NCBI GenBank assembly: GCA_049590315.1
Contig: JBAWCO010000594.1
Coordinates: forward strand, 1-47,127
Direction of reading: 5' to 3'
Source: Terracidiphilus sp.
GTDB lineage: Bacteria; Acidobacteriota; Terriglobia; Terriglobales; Acidobacteriaceae
Length of the DNA: 47,127 nucleotides
The notes under the pieces were generated by a model. It worked only from the letters and a program-made list of their open reading frames with translations, was not told where the DNA came from and did not search any database. The translations under genes were made by a program, and so were the position numbers. Shown here piece after piece: positions 37,602-47,013 of this stretch; within the stretch, counting starts at the first letter, position 1, and every line of letters begins with the position of its first letter.

Positions 37602-38100
37602 GGGATGCCTGTTCAGTGGAGTCGGGCGCAGTGTCCCCAGCCGCTGCAACCACCGATTCGAATACCCGAATGAATCCGGTGCAGCGGCAGAGATTGCCGG
37701 CGAGTCCCTCGCGAATCTCAGCCATGTTTGGGTGAGGATTGACGGCCAGCAATTGCGTCGCGGCCATCAACATGCCGGGAGTACAAATGCCACACTGAGC
37801 GCCGCCGCAGTTGAGGAAAGCCTTCTGCAATGGGTGCAGTTCACCATTGATGGCGAGGCCTTCGACGGTTCGGATATTGGCGCCATCGGCCTGGAGAACC
37901 GGCACAAGGCAACTGTTGACCAGCTCGCCATTCATGCGCACCGAGCAGGAACCACACTCACCTTCACCGCAGCCTTCTTTTGTGCCGGTGAGGCGAAGAT
38001 CTTCGCGGAGTACATCGAGGAGTCGCTTCATGGGATGAGTTTGCACAGCAACATTGGAGCCGTTGACTGTGAAGCGAATGGCTGGACATGAATCGCTCAT
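37591..38100 (-). CDS. Xanthine dehydrogenase 2x[2Fe-2S] subunit
   Basis: GTKEGCGEGECGSC..NSC and QCGICTPG..GNLCRCTG. Confidence 0.93.
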   Translation of the reverse strand: MSDSCPAIRFTVNGSNVAVQTHPMKRLLDVLREDLRLTGTKEGCGEGECGSCSVRMNGELVNSCLVPVLQADGANIRTVEGLAINGELHPLQKAFLNCGGAQCGICTPGMLMAATQLLAVNPHPNMAEIREGLAGNLCRCTGFIRVFESVVAAAGDTAPDSTEQASHAR

Positions 38101-40358
38101 ACGGAAGCGGTCTCCGCCACAGGCTGACGCGCTGCGAGTTCCTGGAAAAGATCTTCCGGCAATAGCGGAATCGCGTGAAAGCCGATGCCCGTTGCGTCAC
38201 GGATTGCGTTGAGAATTGCGGGCGCAGGGCCGTCATGCGGCAGTTCGCCGATTCCCTTAGCGCCGAAACCTCCGTGACGAAAGGGAATCTGTTCGAAGAA
38301 CACATGAATGGGGGGCACGTCCTCCGCAGTGGGCATAATGTAGTTGGTCATCTGATTATTTGCCATGTGGCCGTTTTGCAAGATGACCTTTTCATAAAGC
38401 GCATACCCGATTGCTTGTGCGATCCCGCCCTCGATTTGCCCGCCTGCAAGGATGGGATTGAGAACACGGCCCACCTCCTGAACGGACCAGAACTCCTCAA
38501 CCTCGGCGGAATATGTCACTGTGTCGATGGCTACCTGCGCAACCTGCACGGACCACACATACGCCGGATAAGCCTCGCCATGATACGTTTTGTCGTCCCA
38601 ATAGATACCCGGTGGAGCTTCGTATCGGCAGAGCGATTCGACTTTGCCGCGCGCGGCGCGATAACGCTCGCAAGCCGCGAAGAATTCCTCGCGCGTGACG
38701 TGTTCGCCGAGTGCGGCATGACCGCGCAGCATGTTCAAAAGCTGCAACCCGGCACGCTGAATCAAGTAGCCAACCACCATGGTGGTGCGCGATGCGACTG
38801 TGGGTCCGCTGTTTGGAACGATATTGGTGTCGGGCGGCGCCATGATGACATCGTCATAACCGATGCCGATGGCCTCCGCTGCAATCTGCGAGAGCACCGT
38901 ATTCGTACCCTGGCCAAACTCGGTGCTAGCCGCCAGCACTCGCACTTTGCCCTCGGGTGTTACGTCCACACCTGCAAGGGAATTCAGGTAGCGCTCGCCT
39001 GATCCAGTGAATCCGGAGCCGTGGTAGAAGGCGGCAATGCCGAGACCTCGCTTGATTGGGTTTGACGGATTTTCAAGTGCGAACCGACTGCGTCGGGTGT
39101 GATAGTCGCTTTCGGCGAGGGCGCGGTCGAGCAGTTTGTCGAGAATGACCGGATCGCGCATCACCTGTTCTGTGGCCGTCGTGTCGCCGTCGTGAAGAAA
39201 GTTCCTGCGCCTGAGTTCGACGGGGGAAAGGCCAATGGCGGCGGCGATTTCATCCATGTGGCGCTCAACGGCGAAGATGGCCTGGGGCGCGCCAAAGCCG
39301 CGGAACGCACCGTAAGGGACAGTGTTGGTGGCCCAGGAGTGTGCGCGCACACGCACGTTGGGGCATACATAAGGGCCGGGCGAGTGAAGCGTGGCGCGAG
39401 AGAGCACGGTGGAAGAAAGCGTTGAGTAGGCGCCCCCATCCGTCGCGAGATCGATATCCATGGCAAGCAGCTTGCCGTCTTTATCGAGCGCGGTGCGATG
39501 GCGGACGCGCGATGGGTGACGCTTGGTGGTGGCCGCGAGATCTTCCATGCGGTCGTAGACCATTTTGACAACGTGACCGGATTTGAAAGCAAGCAAAGCC
39601 GCATGGGCGGCCAGCGTAGATGGATAGTCTTCCTTGCCTCCGAATGCGCCACCAGTCTCCGTCTGAATTACGCGGACCTTATCTTCGGGCAGGTCGAAGA
39701 CCGCGAGCAGGGACTTGTGCACGTAGTAGGGACACTGCAGCGATCCCCAGACGGTGATGCCGGTTTCCGCGTTCCACTCCGCGATCATGCCGTTGTTTTC
39801 AATATAGAGATGCTCCTGCGCGCCGGTGCGGTATTCGCCTTCCACAATATGCGCGGCGCTGGCCCATACGGAGTCGACGTCGCCTTTTTCAAGCAGAAAG
39901 CTCTTGAACAGGTTGTCCGCACCCCACACGATAACATCCTGACGCTCACTCTCTTCGATAGTGAACACAGGCGGCAGAGGGTCGTACTCGATGTGCACTG
40001 AGGCCGCGGCCTCGCGCAGCTTGTGTTTGTCAGGGTGCGCAAGCAGCAGAATGGGTTCGTCGCAGTGGTTCACCTGGCCATCGGTAAGACAAGGCTGGTC
40101 AGCGACGATGAGGTGCACATGGTTCTTTCCGGGAATGTCAGCGGCGGTGACAACGGTGAGCTCGCTCCAATTGATGCGGCGGTCGAAGCCGATGGAACGG
40201 ATCAGTCCGCGAGGAATAGTGCTGCGAACGGTGGCGCCGAACCACATGCCGTCGCGCTGGATGTCATCCACATAGCGAGCGCGGCCTAGCAGTTTATCGA
40301 CCCCTTCCTTGCGGAGGATGGGAGCGCCAACGATGCGAGTTTTCGCATTCGTGCTCAT
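38097..40358 (-). CDS. Xanthine dehydrogenase molybdopterin-binding subunit
   Basis: QEHLYIE, GGAFGGKE, SRATLH, AFRGFGAPQ, TEFGQG, GPTVASR, GQIEGGIAQ, AKGIGE. The Gln, Glu, Arg and Glu positions typical of true XDH active sites appear to be retained. Confidence 0.92.
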   Translation of the reverse strand: MSTNAKTRIVGAPILRKEGVDKLLGRARYVDDIQRDGMWFGATVRSTIPRGLIRSIGFDRRINWSELTVVTAADIPGKNHVHLIVADQPCLTDGQVNHCDEPILLLAHPDKHKLREAAASVHIEYDPLPPVFTIEESERQDVIVWGADNLFKSFLLEKGDVDSVWASAAHIVEGEYRTGAQEHLYIENNGMIAEWNAETGITVWGSLQCPYYVHKSLLAVFDLPEDKVRVIQTETGGAFGGKEDYPSTLAAHAALLAFKSGHVVKMVYDRMEDLAATTKRHPSRVRHRTALDKDGKLLAMDIDLATDGGAYSTLSSTVLSRATLHSPGPYVCPNVRVRAHSWATNTVPYGAFRGFGAPQAIFAVERHMDEIAAAIGLSPVELRRRNFLHDGDTTATEQVMRDPVILDKLLDRALAESDYHTRRSRFALENPSNPIKRGLGIAAFYHGSGFTGSGERYLNSLAGVDVTPEGKVRVLAASTEFGQGTNTVLSQIAAEAIGIGYDDVIMAPPDTNIVPNSGPTVASRTTMVVGYLIQRAGLQLLNMLRGHAALGEHVTREEFFAACERYRAARGKVESLCRYEAPPGIYWDDKTYHGEAYPAYVWSVQVAQVAIDTVTYSAEVEEFWSVQEVGRVLNPILAGGQIEGGIAQAIGYALYEKVILQNGHMANNQMTNYIMPTAEDVPPIHVFFEQIPFRHGGFGAKGIGELPHDGPAPAILNAIRDATGIGFHAIPLLPEDLFQELAARQPVAETASV

Positions 40359-40396
40359 GGTATAGGAAGCCCGGTTTGTCGTACAGGTTGAGGCAT

Positions 40397-40424
40397 AGCA
40401 TACAACGGCGCAGCCAAGTTGCAA
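40397..40424 (-). promoter_or_regulatory. Possible internal promoter for the xdh-uraD-uraH-uricase segment
   Basis: Minus-strand TTGCAA-N16-TATGCT in the 76-bp gap. Confidence 0.4.
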
Positions 40425-40434
40425 AGCGGGCCGA

Positions 40435-41691
40435 CTATTCAGCAAGCCGGGCCAAGGTTCGCGCCAGCACATCGACTCCGCTTTGGATCCACTCGGGCGA
40501 GGCGTACTCGTCGGGTCGGTGGCTCACTCCACCGCGGCAGGGAATGAACAACATGGCAACGGGCGCAATGCAGGCCACAAAGGATGAGTCGTGATAAGCG
40601 CGGGCCACCATTCTCTTGTAGGTACGCCCCGCGTCCACGGCGGAGACCTTCAGCGCCGCTAGAATCGCGGGGTCGCAGGTGGTGGGTGGATCGGCGTTGA
40701 CCAGATTCGTAGTGATGACGACGCCGCGCCGGTTAGCAACTTCAAGGCAGGCATTCTTCAGGGTGGCCAGGACGCTGTCGCGGCGCGCGCCGTCGACATC
40801 GCGAATGTCGGTTTCGATGCGGACGCGCGACGGGATGCTATTGACCGCACCTGGAAAGACCTCGCAAACGCCAACTGTGCCAACCGTATCGATTGCGCCG
40901 GTAGATTTGGCCGCTGCTTCAAGCGCTAGAATCAGCTCCGCCGCCGCCACGAGCGCATCTTTGCGTCCCGGCATCAGTTTGCCGCCTGCGTGTCCGCCCT
41001 CGCCCTCAATTTCAATTCGCAGGCTGGCAGGGGCGGCAATGTGCGTGACCAGGCCAAGGTCGATTCCTTCTTGTTCAAGAAGCGGTCCCTGCTCGATGTG
41101 CAGTTCGACGAACTGGTGAAAGCGTCCCTTAGGCTGCGCAACGGATTCGAGCGGGCCGGCAAACCCAGCATTCTTGCGCAACTCATCCAGGCCGCGATCT
41201 TGCTTGTCGCGCAACGCGCCCGCCGCGGCGGGTGAGAGGACATTGCCCATCATGCGGCTGCCCAGGCAGCCGATGCCGAAGCGGGTTGGCTCCTCGGCGG
41301 TGAAGATGACCAATTCAATGGACCGGCGGGGACTATACCCTGCGCGTTGAAGGGCGCGAATCGCCTCAAGGCCTCCGAGAACGCCGACGGTTCCGTCATA
41401 AGAGCCGGCGTTGGGGATAGCGTCAATGTGGGAGCCCGTGCCGATGGGTGCGATCTCTAGCTCAGAGCCATGCCAGCGGGCAAAAGTATTACCGATGGCA
41501 TCTTCGGTGACAGTAAGCCCTGCATCGGCGCAGAGACGCTTGACATAGGTGCGGGCGCGCAAGTCTGCCTCATTGAAGACGACGCGCGTAACCACTGGAG
41601 GCTCGTGCTCAGAGATGAGAGCAAGAGCGGCAAGCTCCGCGCAAAGAGAATCGATTTCGATTCTTGGTTCGAGCGTAGTCTCTGGACCCAT
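40435..41691 (-). CDS. M20 family amidohydrolase, probable (S)-ureidoglycolate amidohydrolase (plant UAH-like)
   Basis: GSHIDAIP, FTAEEPTRFGIGCLGSR, ELHIEQGP, GGHAG, RAYHDS, FIPC..GVSHRPDEYAS. Directly downstream of allE. Confidence 0.75.
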   Translation of the reverse strand: MGPETTLEPRIEIDSLCAELAALALISEHEPPVVTRVVFNEADLRARTYVKRLCADAGLTVTEDAIGNTFARWHGSELEIAPIGTGSHIDAIPNAGSYDGTVGVLGGLEAIRALQRAGYSPRRSIELVIFTAEEPTRFGIGCLGSRMMGNVLSPAAAGALRDKQDRGLDELRKNAGFAGPLESVAQPKGRFHQFVELHIEQGPLLEQEGIDLGLVTHIAAPASLRIEIEGEGGHAGGKLMPGRKDALVAAAELILALEAAAKSTGAIDTVGTVGVCEVFPGAVNSIPSRVRIETDIRDVDGARRDSVLATLKNACLEVANRRGVVITTNLVNADPPTTCDPAILAALKVSAVDAGRTYKRMVARAYHDSSFVACIAPVAMLFIPCRGGVSHRPDEYASPEWIQSGVDVLARTLARLAE

Positions 41692-41699
41692 GTTGTTCG

Positions 41700-42440
41700 T
41701 CAACCTCCGAGCGGATGCCTGCGCCAGTCCTTGTAGATGAGGTATTTTGCAGGCTGTTTGCCGAGCGCGCCGAACCACTGCGGGCAATAAGGCCCCATCC
41801 AGATGAAGTCCCCTGCCTGAACCGGATACCAGGAGTCGCCGAGCCGATAGATGCCAGCGCCCTCGAGCATAAGCAACCCGTGTTCCATGACGTGAATCTC
41901 GACCATGCTGAGCGCTGCACCTGGATCGTAGGTCATGGTGTTTACCGCGAAGTCGTAGGCTGGACCCTCGGGCATGAGAGAACGCACCAGGAGGGATTCG
42001 TCACCCATGAGCGGAACGTCCGCGACGGCCGCCTCATTGCCGACTACGATCTGCGGGTGTTCGTTGCCGTCGGGTAAGGGCTCGTACGGCTTCTCAATCA
42101 AGGCTGCGCGCGCTGCTGTCAGGGCTCTTACCGAGTGCGGTGCGCCTTGCGGCAGATAGACGAAAGCACCCGGTACGAGAGTCTGCCGTTGGCCACCGGC
42201 GTTCAATTCCAGTTCGCCCTCGAGAACAAAAATGAATCGCTGCGCCGGGGCGGGGCCGAGCGTGCCTCCGACCGCAAACTCCGCCGTCATCTGCGTGAAG
42301 CGGGCGCCGAGCTGTGGCGCAACGTGGACCACAAATTCCACGCCCGTCGCACCCGGCAATGGTGTCCGGATGAAGGTGTTCGGCGTCTGCAGCAGGTGAT
42401 CGTGCTTGAGGCTGCTTCGAGTTAGTCCCAGGTGATGCAA
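41700..42440 (-). CDS. allE: (S)-ureidoglycine aminohydrolase (bicupin)
   Basis: EIHVMEHGLLMLEG.GIYRL..WYPV.AGDFIWM.PYCPQWF..YLIYKD. TTG start with GAGG RBS. Confidence 0.92.
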   Translation of the reverse strand: MHHLGLTRSSLKHDHLLQTPNTFIRTPLPGATGVEFVVHVAPQLGARFTQMTAEFAVGGTLGPAPAQRFIFVLEGELELNAGGQRQTLVPGAFVYLPQGAPHSVRALTAARAALIEKPYEPLPDGNEHPQIVVGNEAAVADVPLMGDESLLVRSLMPEGPAYDFAVNTMTYDPGAALSMVEIHVMEHGLLMLEGAGIYRLGDSWYPVQAGDFIWMGPYCPQWFGALGKQPAKYLIYKDWRRHPLGG

Positions 42441-42462
42441 ATCTTTACCTCGTTTCGGAATT

Positions 42463-43686
42463 CTAACCAATGTCCTCGGCAAGGCGCAGCAGAAACTCGC
42501 GGCCCACGTGCAGCGAAGCCTCCACGTCTTCTTGGAGAACGGATTCATCTGGATGGTGGCTGATGCCTCCGGGGCTACGCAGGAAAAGCATCGTGGTGGG
42601 CACGCGGGCGGCCATCACCATGGCATCGTGGCCGGCTCCGCTAGGCATGGTCTTCAATGAGAAGCCGGCGGCCTCCATGGCATCAGCAAGAAAAGACGTC
42701 AGCCGCTCGTCCATCGGCACGGCCGGCTGGTCAAGCTGATCTGTACGCTCGAGCGCGATCCCGCGACGATTTGCAATCGCCGTTGCGTTGGCGGAAAGCT
42801 CTTCGATAACCGCTCGCCGGATGGAATCGTGCGCGTGGCGCAGGTCCAGGCTGACCGTGACGACTCCGGGAATAACATTACCCGCGTTGGGTTCGACAGT
42901 TATTTTGCCCACGGTTGCCACTAATCCATCGGTACGTTTAGCCAGCGCTTCGACTGCCGCGATCCACTCTGCGGAAGCGGCCAGAGCGTCGTGGCGTAAG
43001 TGCATCGGAGTAGTTCCGGCATGGTTGGCATGGCCAATGAATTGCAGGCTGAGCCGGGTTTGGCCGACGATGGATGTAACTGCGGCGACACTCAGAGAGT
43101 CCGCTTCAAGCACCGGCCCCTGCTCGATGTGAATCTCGACAAACGCAATAGCGCTCGGATGCAGCGCGGCTTCGTCGATGCGAGCTGGATCAAGGCCAAA
43201 GTCACGAATTGCAGCCTCCACCGAGACGCCGTGTGGATCTTGCAGCTTGAGCAGCGCCGGATCGAAGCGTCCCGCGACCGCACGGCTGCCGAGGAAGGGC
43301 ACCCCATACCGCACGCCCTCTTCCTCAGAGAAAGCAATGACCTCGATTGCCAACGGCAAGCCGAGTTCTTGCGCAAGGCCCACCCATTCAAGAGCCAGCG
43401 TTACGCCGAGGACGCCGTCGAATGCGCCGGCATTGGGCACAGTGTCTATATGCGACCCGAGGATGAGGCGACGCTGTCCTGCTCCGGATGGCTGCCACAG
43501 GCCGCGCAGATTACCCACTGCATCAACTTGGACAGTCATCCCCAGTGCTTCCATGCGCGCACGTAGGTGAGCGTGGACAGCGTGCATGGGAGAGGTGAGG
43601 AAGCGGCGAGTAATGCGACCCGGCTCCTCCGTCATCGTGGCGATGAGCCGGCACTCCGCGATGGCGCGGGCGGCGCGGCCGGTCAT
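42463..43686 (-). CDS. allC: Allantoate amidohydrolase
   Basis: GSHIDTVPNAGAFDG, FSEEEGVRY, EIHIEQGP, NHAGTTPM, NVIPG, SGAGHDAM, GISHHPDE. Lies between allB and allE. Confidence 0.88.
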   Translation of the reverse strand: MTGRAARAIAECRLIATMTEEPGRITRRFLTSPMHAVHAHLRARMEALGMTVQVDAVGNLRGLWQPSGAGQRRLILGSHIDTVPNAGAFDGVLGVTLALEWVGLAQELGLPLAIEVIAFSEEEGVRYGVPFLGSRAVAGRFDPALLKLQDPHGVSVEAAIRDFGLDPARIDEAALHPSAIAFVEIHIEQGPVLEADSLSVAAVTSIVGQTRLSLQFIGHANHAGTTPMHLRHDALAASAEWIAAVEALAKRTDGLVATVGKITVEPNAGNVIPGVVTVSLDLRHAHDSIRRAVIEELSANATAIANRRGIALERTDQLDQPAVPMDERLTSFLADAMEAAGFSLKTMPSGAGHDAMVMAARVPTTMLFLRSPGGISHHPDESVLQEDVEASLHVGREFLLRLAEDIG

Positions 43687-45071
43687 GAGCGGGCCGGCTT
43701 TCTGCTGAGCTCTTTGCCTCGTGAAGTGCCAATGAATCCTGCGCCTTTGCCGTTCGCACTAAAGACTTGTTCGCCGCGTAGCCAGGTTTCTTCAACGCGG
43801 CCGTGGAGTTGGTGGCCGAGGTAAGGCGACAGCTTGTGCCGGAAGTGGAGATGCTTTGCTTCGACGGCCCATGCGATGAGAGGATCAAAGACGACGAAGT
43901 CCGCGTCGGCACCGGGGATGAGCGCGCCTTTGCGTCCGGTGAGACCGGCGAGTCGCGCGGGGCCAGCGGCCATCCATGCGGCTACCCGCTCCGCTCTCTC
44001 ACTCAGATCAATTCCGCGCCCGTTGAGACCCGTCCAGATAACCGGCAACGCAAGGCCCAGGCTGGCGATGCCACCCCAGGCCTGGTTCCAAAGGCCTTCC
44101 TCGCGGCGCTTCATCGTGGGCGGGCAGGGCGAGTGATCTGTGGCGACCATGTCGATGAGACCGGATTCGAGACCGTCCCATAGGGATTCGCAGTTGTTCC
44201 TGCTGCGGATTGGCGGTGCGCATTTGAACTCGGTTGCGCCATCGGGAATTGTCCCGGCAAAGAACCATAGATACTGCACGCAGGTTTCAACCGTGATTGG
44301 CACGCCTCGATTGTGCGCATCGGCAATCTGGGGCAAAGCCTTTGCCGTGGCCAGGTGCACGATGTGGACGGGCGTCTGAAACTCTTCAGCAAGACGAATG
44401 AGCATGCCAATCGCTTCGAGTTCGGCTTCGTCGGGCCGCGAGGAGAGATAGGTTGAATATTTGCGCCAGTCCGCGCCGGAAGCATTGAGCGCCTCTGTTG
44501 CTGCATCAACGGGACCAGCCACCTCGGCGTGGGCCAGCAGCGGCAGCCCAGTGCCTCTTAACTTCGTCAGCGCGAGACGTAGGTCGGATTCATTTACCGC
44601 TTGAAAGCCGTCAATGCCGGAGTGAATGAGAAAGCATTTGAAACCTGGAACGCCGGAGGCAGCGAGCGGCAAGAGGGAATCGGCGTTGCCCGGTACCACA
44701 CCTCCCCACGCGGCCCAATCCACCCAGGCGCGACCGTTCGCCGCGACGCGCTTGGCTTCGAGAGCGGCCACATTCGTTGTTTCCGGAATGCAGTTCAGCG
44801 GCATATCGACCAATGTGGTTACCCCGCCGGAGGCTGCGGCCTGCGTGGCCGTTGAAAAACCCTCCCAGTCGCGGCCGGGGTCGTTGATGTGCACGTGGGA
44901 GTCGACGAGGCCGGGCAGCAGGACGAGTTCGCCAAAGTCGCGCAGCGGAACACCGGCGGGGACATCGTCCCATTCGCGGACCGCGGCGATGCGCTCGCCC
45001 TCGACAACCAGCGTCGCGGGTCTCAGGCCTTCGGCCGTCAGCACGTTCGTCGATCGGAATGCTTGTGCCAT
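43683..45071 (-). CDS. allB: Allantoinase
   Basis: PGLVDSHVHINDPG, GGVTTLVDMPLN, GFKCFL, AHAE, HIVHL, FKCAPPIR, TDHSP, WGGIASL, RHKLSPY. Confidence 0.93.
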   Translation of the reverse strand: MAQAFRSTNVLTAEGLRPATLVVEGERIAAVREWDDVPAGVPLRDFGELVLLPGLVDSHVHINDPGRDWEGFSTATQAAASGGVTTLVDMPLNCIPETTNVAALEAKRVAANGRAWVDWAAWGGVVPGNADSLLPLAASGVPGFKCFLIHSGIDGFQAVNESDLRLALTKLRGTGLPLLAHAEVAGPVDAATEALNASGADWRKYSTYLSSRPDEAELEAIGMLIRLAEEFQTPVHIVHLATAKALPQIADAHNRGVPITVETCVQYLWFFAGTIPDGATEFKCAPPIRSRNNCESLWDGLESGLIDMVATDHSPCPPTMKRREEGLWNQAWGGIASLGLALPVIWTGLNGRGIDLSERAERVAAWMAAGPARLAGLTGRKGALIPGADADFVVFDPLIAWAVEAKHLHFRHKLSPYLGHQLHGRVEETWLRGEQVFSANGKGAGFIGTSRGKELSRKPARS

Positions 45072-45111
45072 ACTGTGTTTACTTTCGCCGCTGAGGAAGG
45101 TAGAGAGCAAG

Positions 45112-45597
45112 TTGGCGATTCCCACTGCACCCAATCCGGATTTTTTGCGCCGCGCAATTGAGTTGGCGATTCAGAACGTCAATGTTGGCGGAGGCGGCCC
45201 TTTTGCCGCTGTGATTGCGCGCGACGGCCGCATTGTTGGCGAGGGCGTCAACACAGTGACCGCTACGCACGACCCGACCGCCCACGGCGAGGTAAATGCG
45301 ATTCGAGCGGCTTGCAAGGCTCTCGGCACGTTTACCCTGGCCGGCTGCGAGCTTTATACCAGTTGCGAGCCTTGCCCCATGTGCCTGGCCGCCAGCTATT
45401 GGGCGAGGCTCGATGCGATCTACTATGGCGCAAGCGCTGCCGATGCCGCACGCGCGGGATTCGATGATGCCTTCCTCTACGAAGAATTCCGGAAAAGTCA
45501 GCCGGACCGCAGCCTCAAAGCTACGCAGTTGCTGGCCGATGAAGCCTGGGCCAGCTTTGCAGCGTGGATTGCATCGCCGGACAAGACTGCATACTAA
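45112..45597 (+). CDS. guaD: Guanine deaminase, CDA-fold (Bacillus GuaD type)
   Basis: GGPFAAVI, HDPTAHGEVNAIR, YTSCEPCPMC, YWAR, DAARAGFDDAFLYEE, C-terminal Tyr (KTAY). TTG start after GAGGAAGG. Confidence 0.85.
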   Translation: MAIPTAPNPDFLRRAIELAIQNVNVGGGGPFAAVIARDGRIVGEGVNTVTATHDPTAHGEVNAIRAACKALGTFTLAGCELYTSCEPCPMCLAASYWARLDAIYYGASAADAARAGFDDAFLYEEFRKSQPDRSLKATQLLADEAWASFAAWIASPDKTAY

Positions 45598-45613
45598 AGC
45601 GGCGAGGCGCTGC

Positions 45614-46972
45614 CTATTCGACCAACGCGTCCGCAATGGCGAGATGATCGTCGAGGGCGGCGATTCCCAGATCCAACTCGTCCTTAGTCACAATCAACGG
45701 CGGAGCAATCACGAAGTGGCTTACCCACGCCTGGATCGAGACTCCTTGCGCCATCATCTTGGCGGCGATTTGATCCACCACAAGCGGCTTGCCTTCCACC
45801 TTGTCGCGCATCGTGTTGAAGGGCTGTTTGGTCGTACGGTTCTTCACGATTTCAACGGCGAAGAAGAGGCCCAGGCCGCGTACATCACCCACGGACGGAT
45901 GTTTGGCCTTGAGCGCCTCAAGCTTCTCGCGCACATAGGGCTCGAGTTCCGCCGCGCGCTCCACCAGATTGAGGCGCTGCATCTCCTCGATCGTGATGAC
46001 GGCCGGCCCTAGCGTCATGGGATGCGCTTCATAAGTATGGCCGTGGGAGAAGTAGTGGTCCTCGAAGTAATCGGCAATCTTCGTCGTGGTCGCGCATAGG
46101 CCGAGCGGCATGTAGGCTGACGTGATGCCCTTGGCGGTGACCAGGATATCGGGCTTCACGTTCCAGTTGTCTACGGCAAACCACTTGCCGGTGCGACCCC
46201 AGCCGGCCATCACCTCATCGGCAATGAGCAGGACGCCATGACGATCGCAGATTTCACGCAGGCGAGGGAAGTACTCTGGAGGCGGAATCAGAACGCCGTT
46301 AGTGCCCACCACCGGTTCCAGAATAATGGCCGCCACATCGCTCTCATTGCGGATCATGTGCTCGATGTAATCGGCGCAGGCGATGTTACAGGCCGGATAC
46401 GTGTGCTTGATGGGACAGTCGTAACAGTTCGTCTCCGGTGCAAAGATGAAGCCGGAACCCTTGCCGCCCGGCTCCATCGCCCAGCGGCGCGGATCGCCGG
46501 TGGCTGCGATGGAGCCATTGGTCGATCCGTGATAGGAACGGTAGCGCGAGATGATCTTGTTCCTGCCGGTGTACATGCGCGCAATTTTGAAGGCCGCCTC
46601 GTTGGCTTCAGTGCCGCTGGTGGCGAAGAAAAACTTGGTGAGGCCCTCGGGCAGAACTTCAAGCAGCTTGGCGCTCAGGCGGGCGCGGGAGCGCGTGGCA
46701 TATCCCGGAGCAACATAAGCCAACTCGCGAGCCTGCTCGGCAATGGCTTCGACGACCGCCGGGTTCTTGTGACCCAGGTTCACGCACATCAACTGTGAAG
46801 AAAAGTCGAGGTACCGCTTGCCCGCACCGTCAACGAACCAACAGCCTTCCGCATCCGCTACATAGAGCGGCTTCCAGGTCTTCTGGAACCGCCAGGTACC
46901 GTAGTTGTTCTGGCGCGTGATGGTGCTGATCTGCTCCGGTGTAAGTGTGTCCAGTTGGATGACGTCGCTCAT
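45614..46972 (-). CDS. Class III PLP aminotransferase (taurine/beta-alanine:pyruvate-like)
   Basis: YLDFSSQL, SGTEANE, SYHG, ILEPVVG, DEVMAGWGRTG, TAKGITS (PLP Lys), HGHTY. GGAGAGG RBS. Confidence 0.9.
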   Translation of the reverse strand: MSDVIQLDTLTPEQISTITRQNNYGTWRFQKTWKPLYVADAEGCWFVDGAGKRYLDFSSQLMCVNLGHKNPAVVEAIAEQARELAYVAPGYATRSRARLSAKLLEVLPEGLTKFFFATSGTEANEAAFKIARMYTGRNKIISRYRSYHGSTNGSIAATGDPRRWAMEPGGKGSGFIFAPETNCYDCPIKHTYPACNIACADYIEHMIRNESDVAAIILEPVVGTNGVLIPPPEYFPRLREICDRHGVLLIADEVMAGWGRTGKWFAVDNWNVKPDILVTAKGITSAYMPLGLCATTTKIADYFEDHYFSHGHTYEAHPMTLGPAVITIEEMQRLNLVERAAELEPYVREKLEALKAKHPSVGDVRGLGLFFAVEIVKNRTTKQPFNTMRDKVEGKPLVVDQIAAKMMAQGVSIQAWVSHFVIAPPLIVTKDELDLGIAALDDHLAIADALVE

Positions 46973-47004
46973 GGAGTGCCTCTCCCAAGGGAATGTTCCA
47001 AGCC

Positions 47005-47013
47005 ATGCTATCA
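47005..47013 (-). promoter_or_regulatory. Extended -10 element upstream of the aminotransferase
   Basis: Minus-strand TGaTAGCAT 32 nt upstream of the ATG at 46972. Confidence 0.45.

Noticed and set aside
44626..45111. Apparent 162-aa N-terminal extension on guanine deaminase
   Set aside because: It is antisense to allB. Deaminase similarity and an RBS begin only at TTG 45112, so this is not a fusion.
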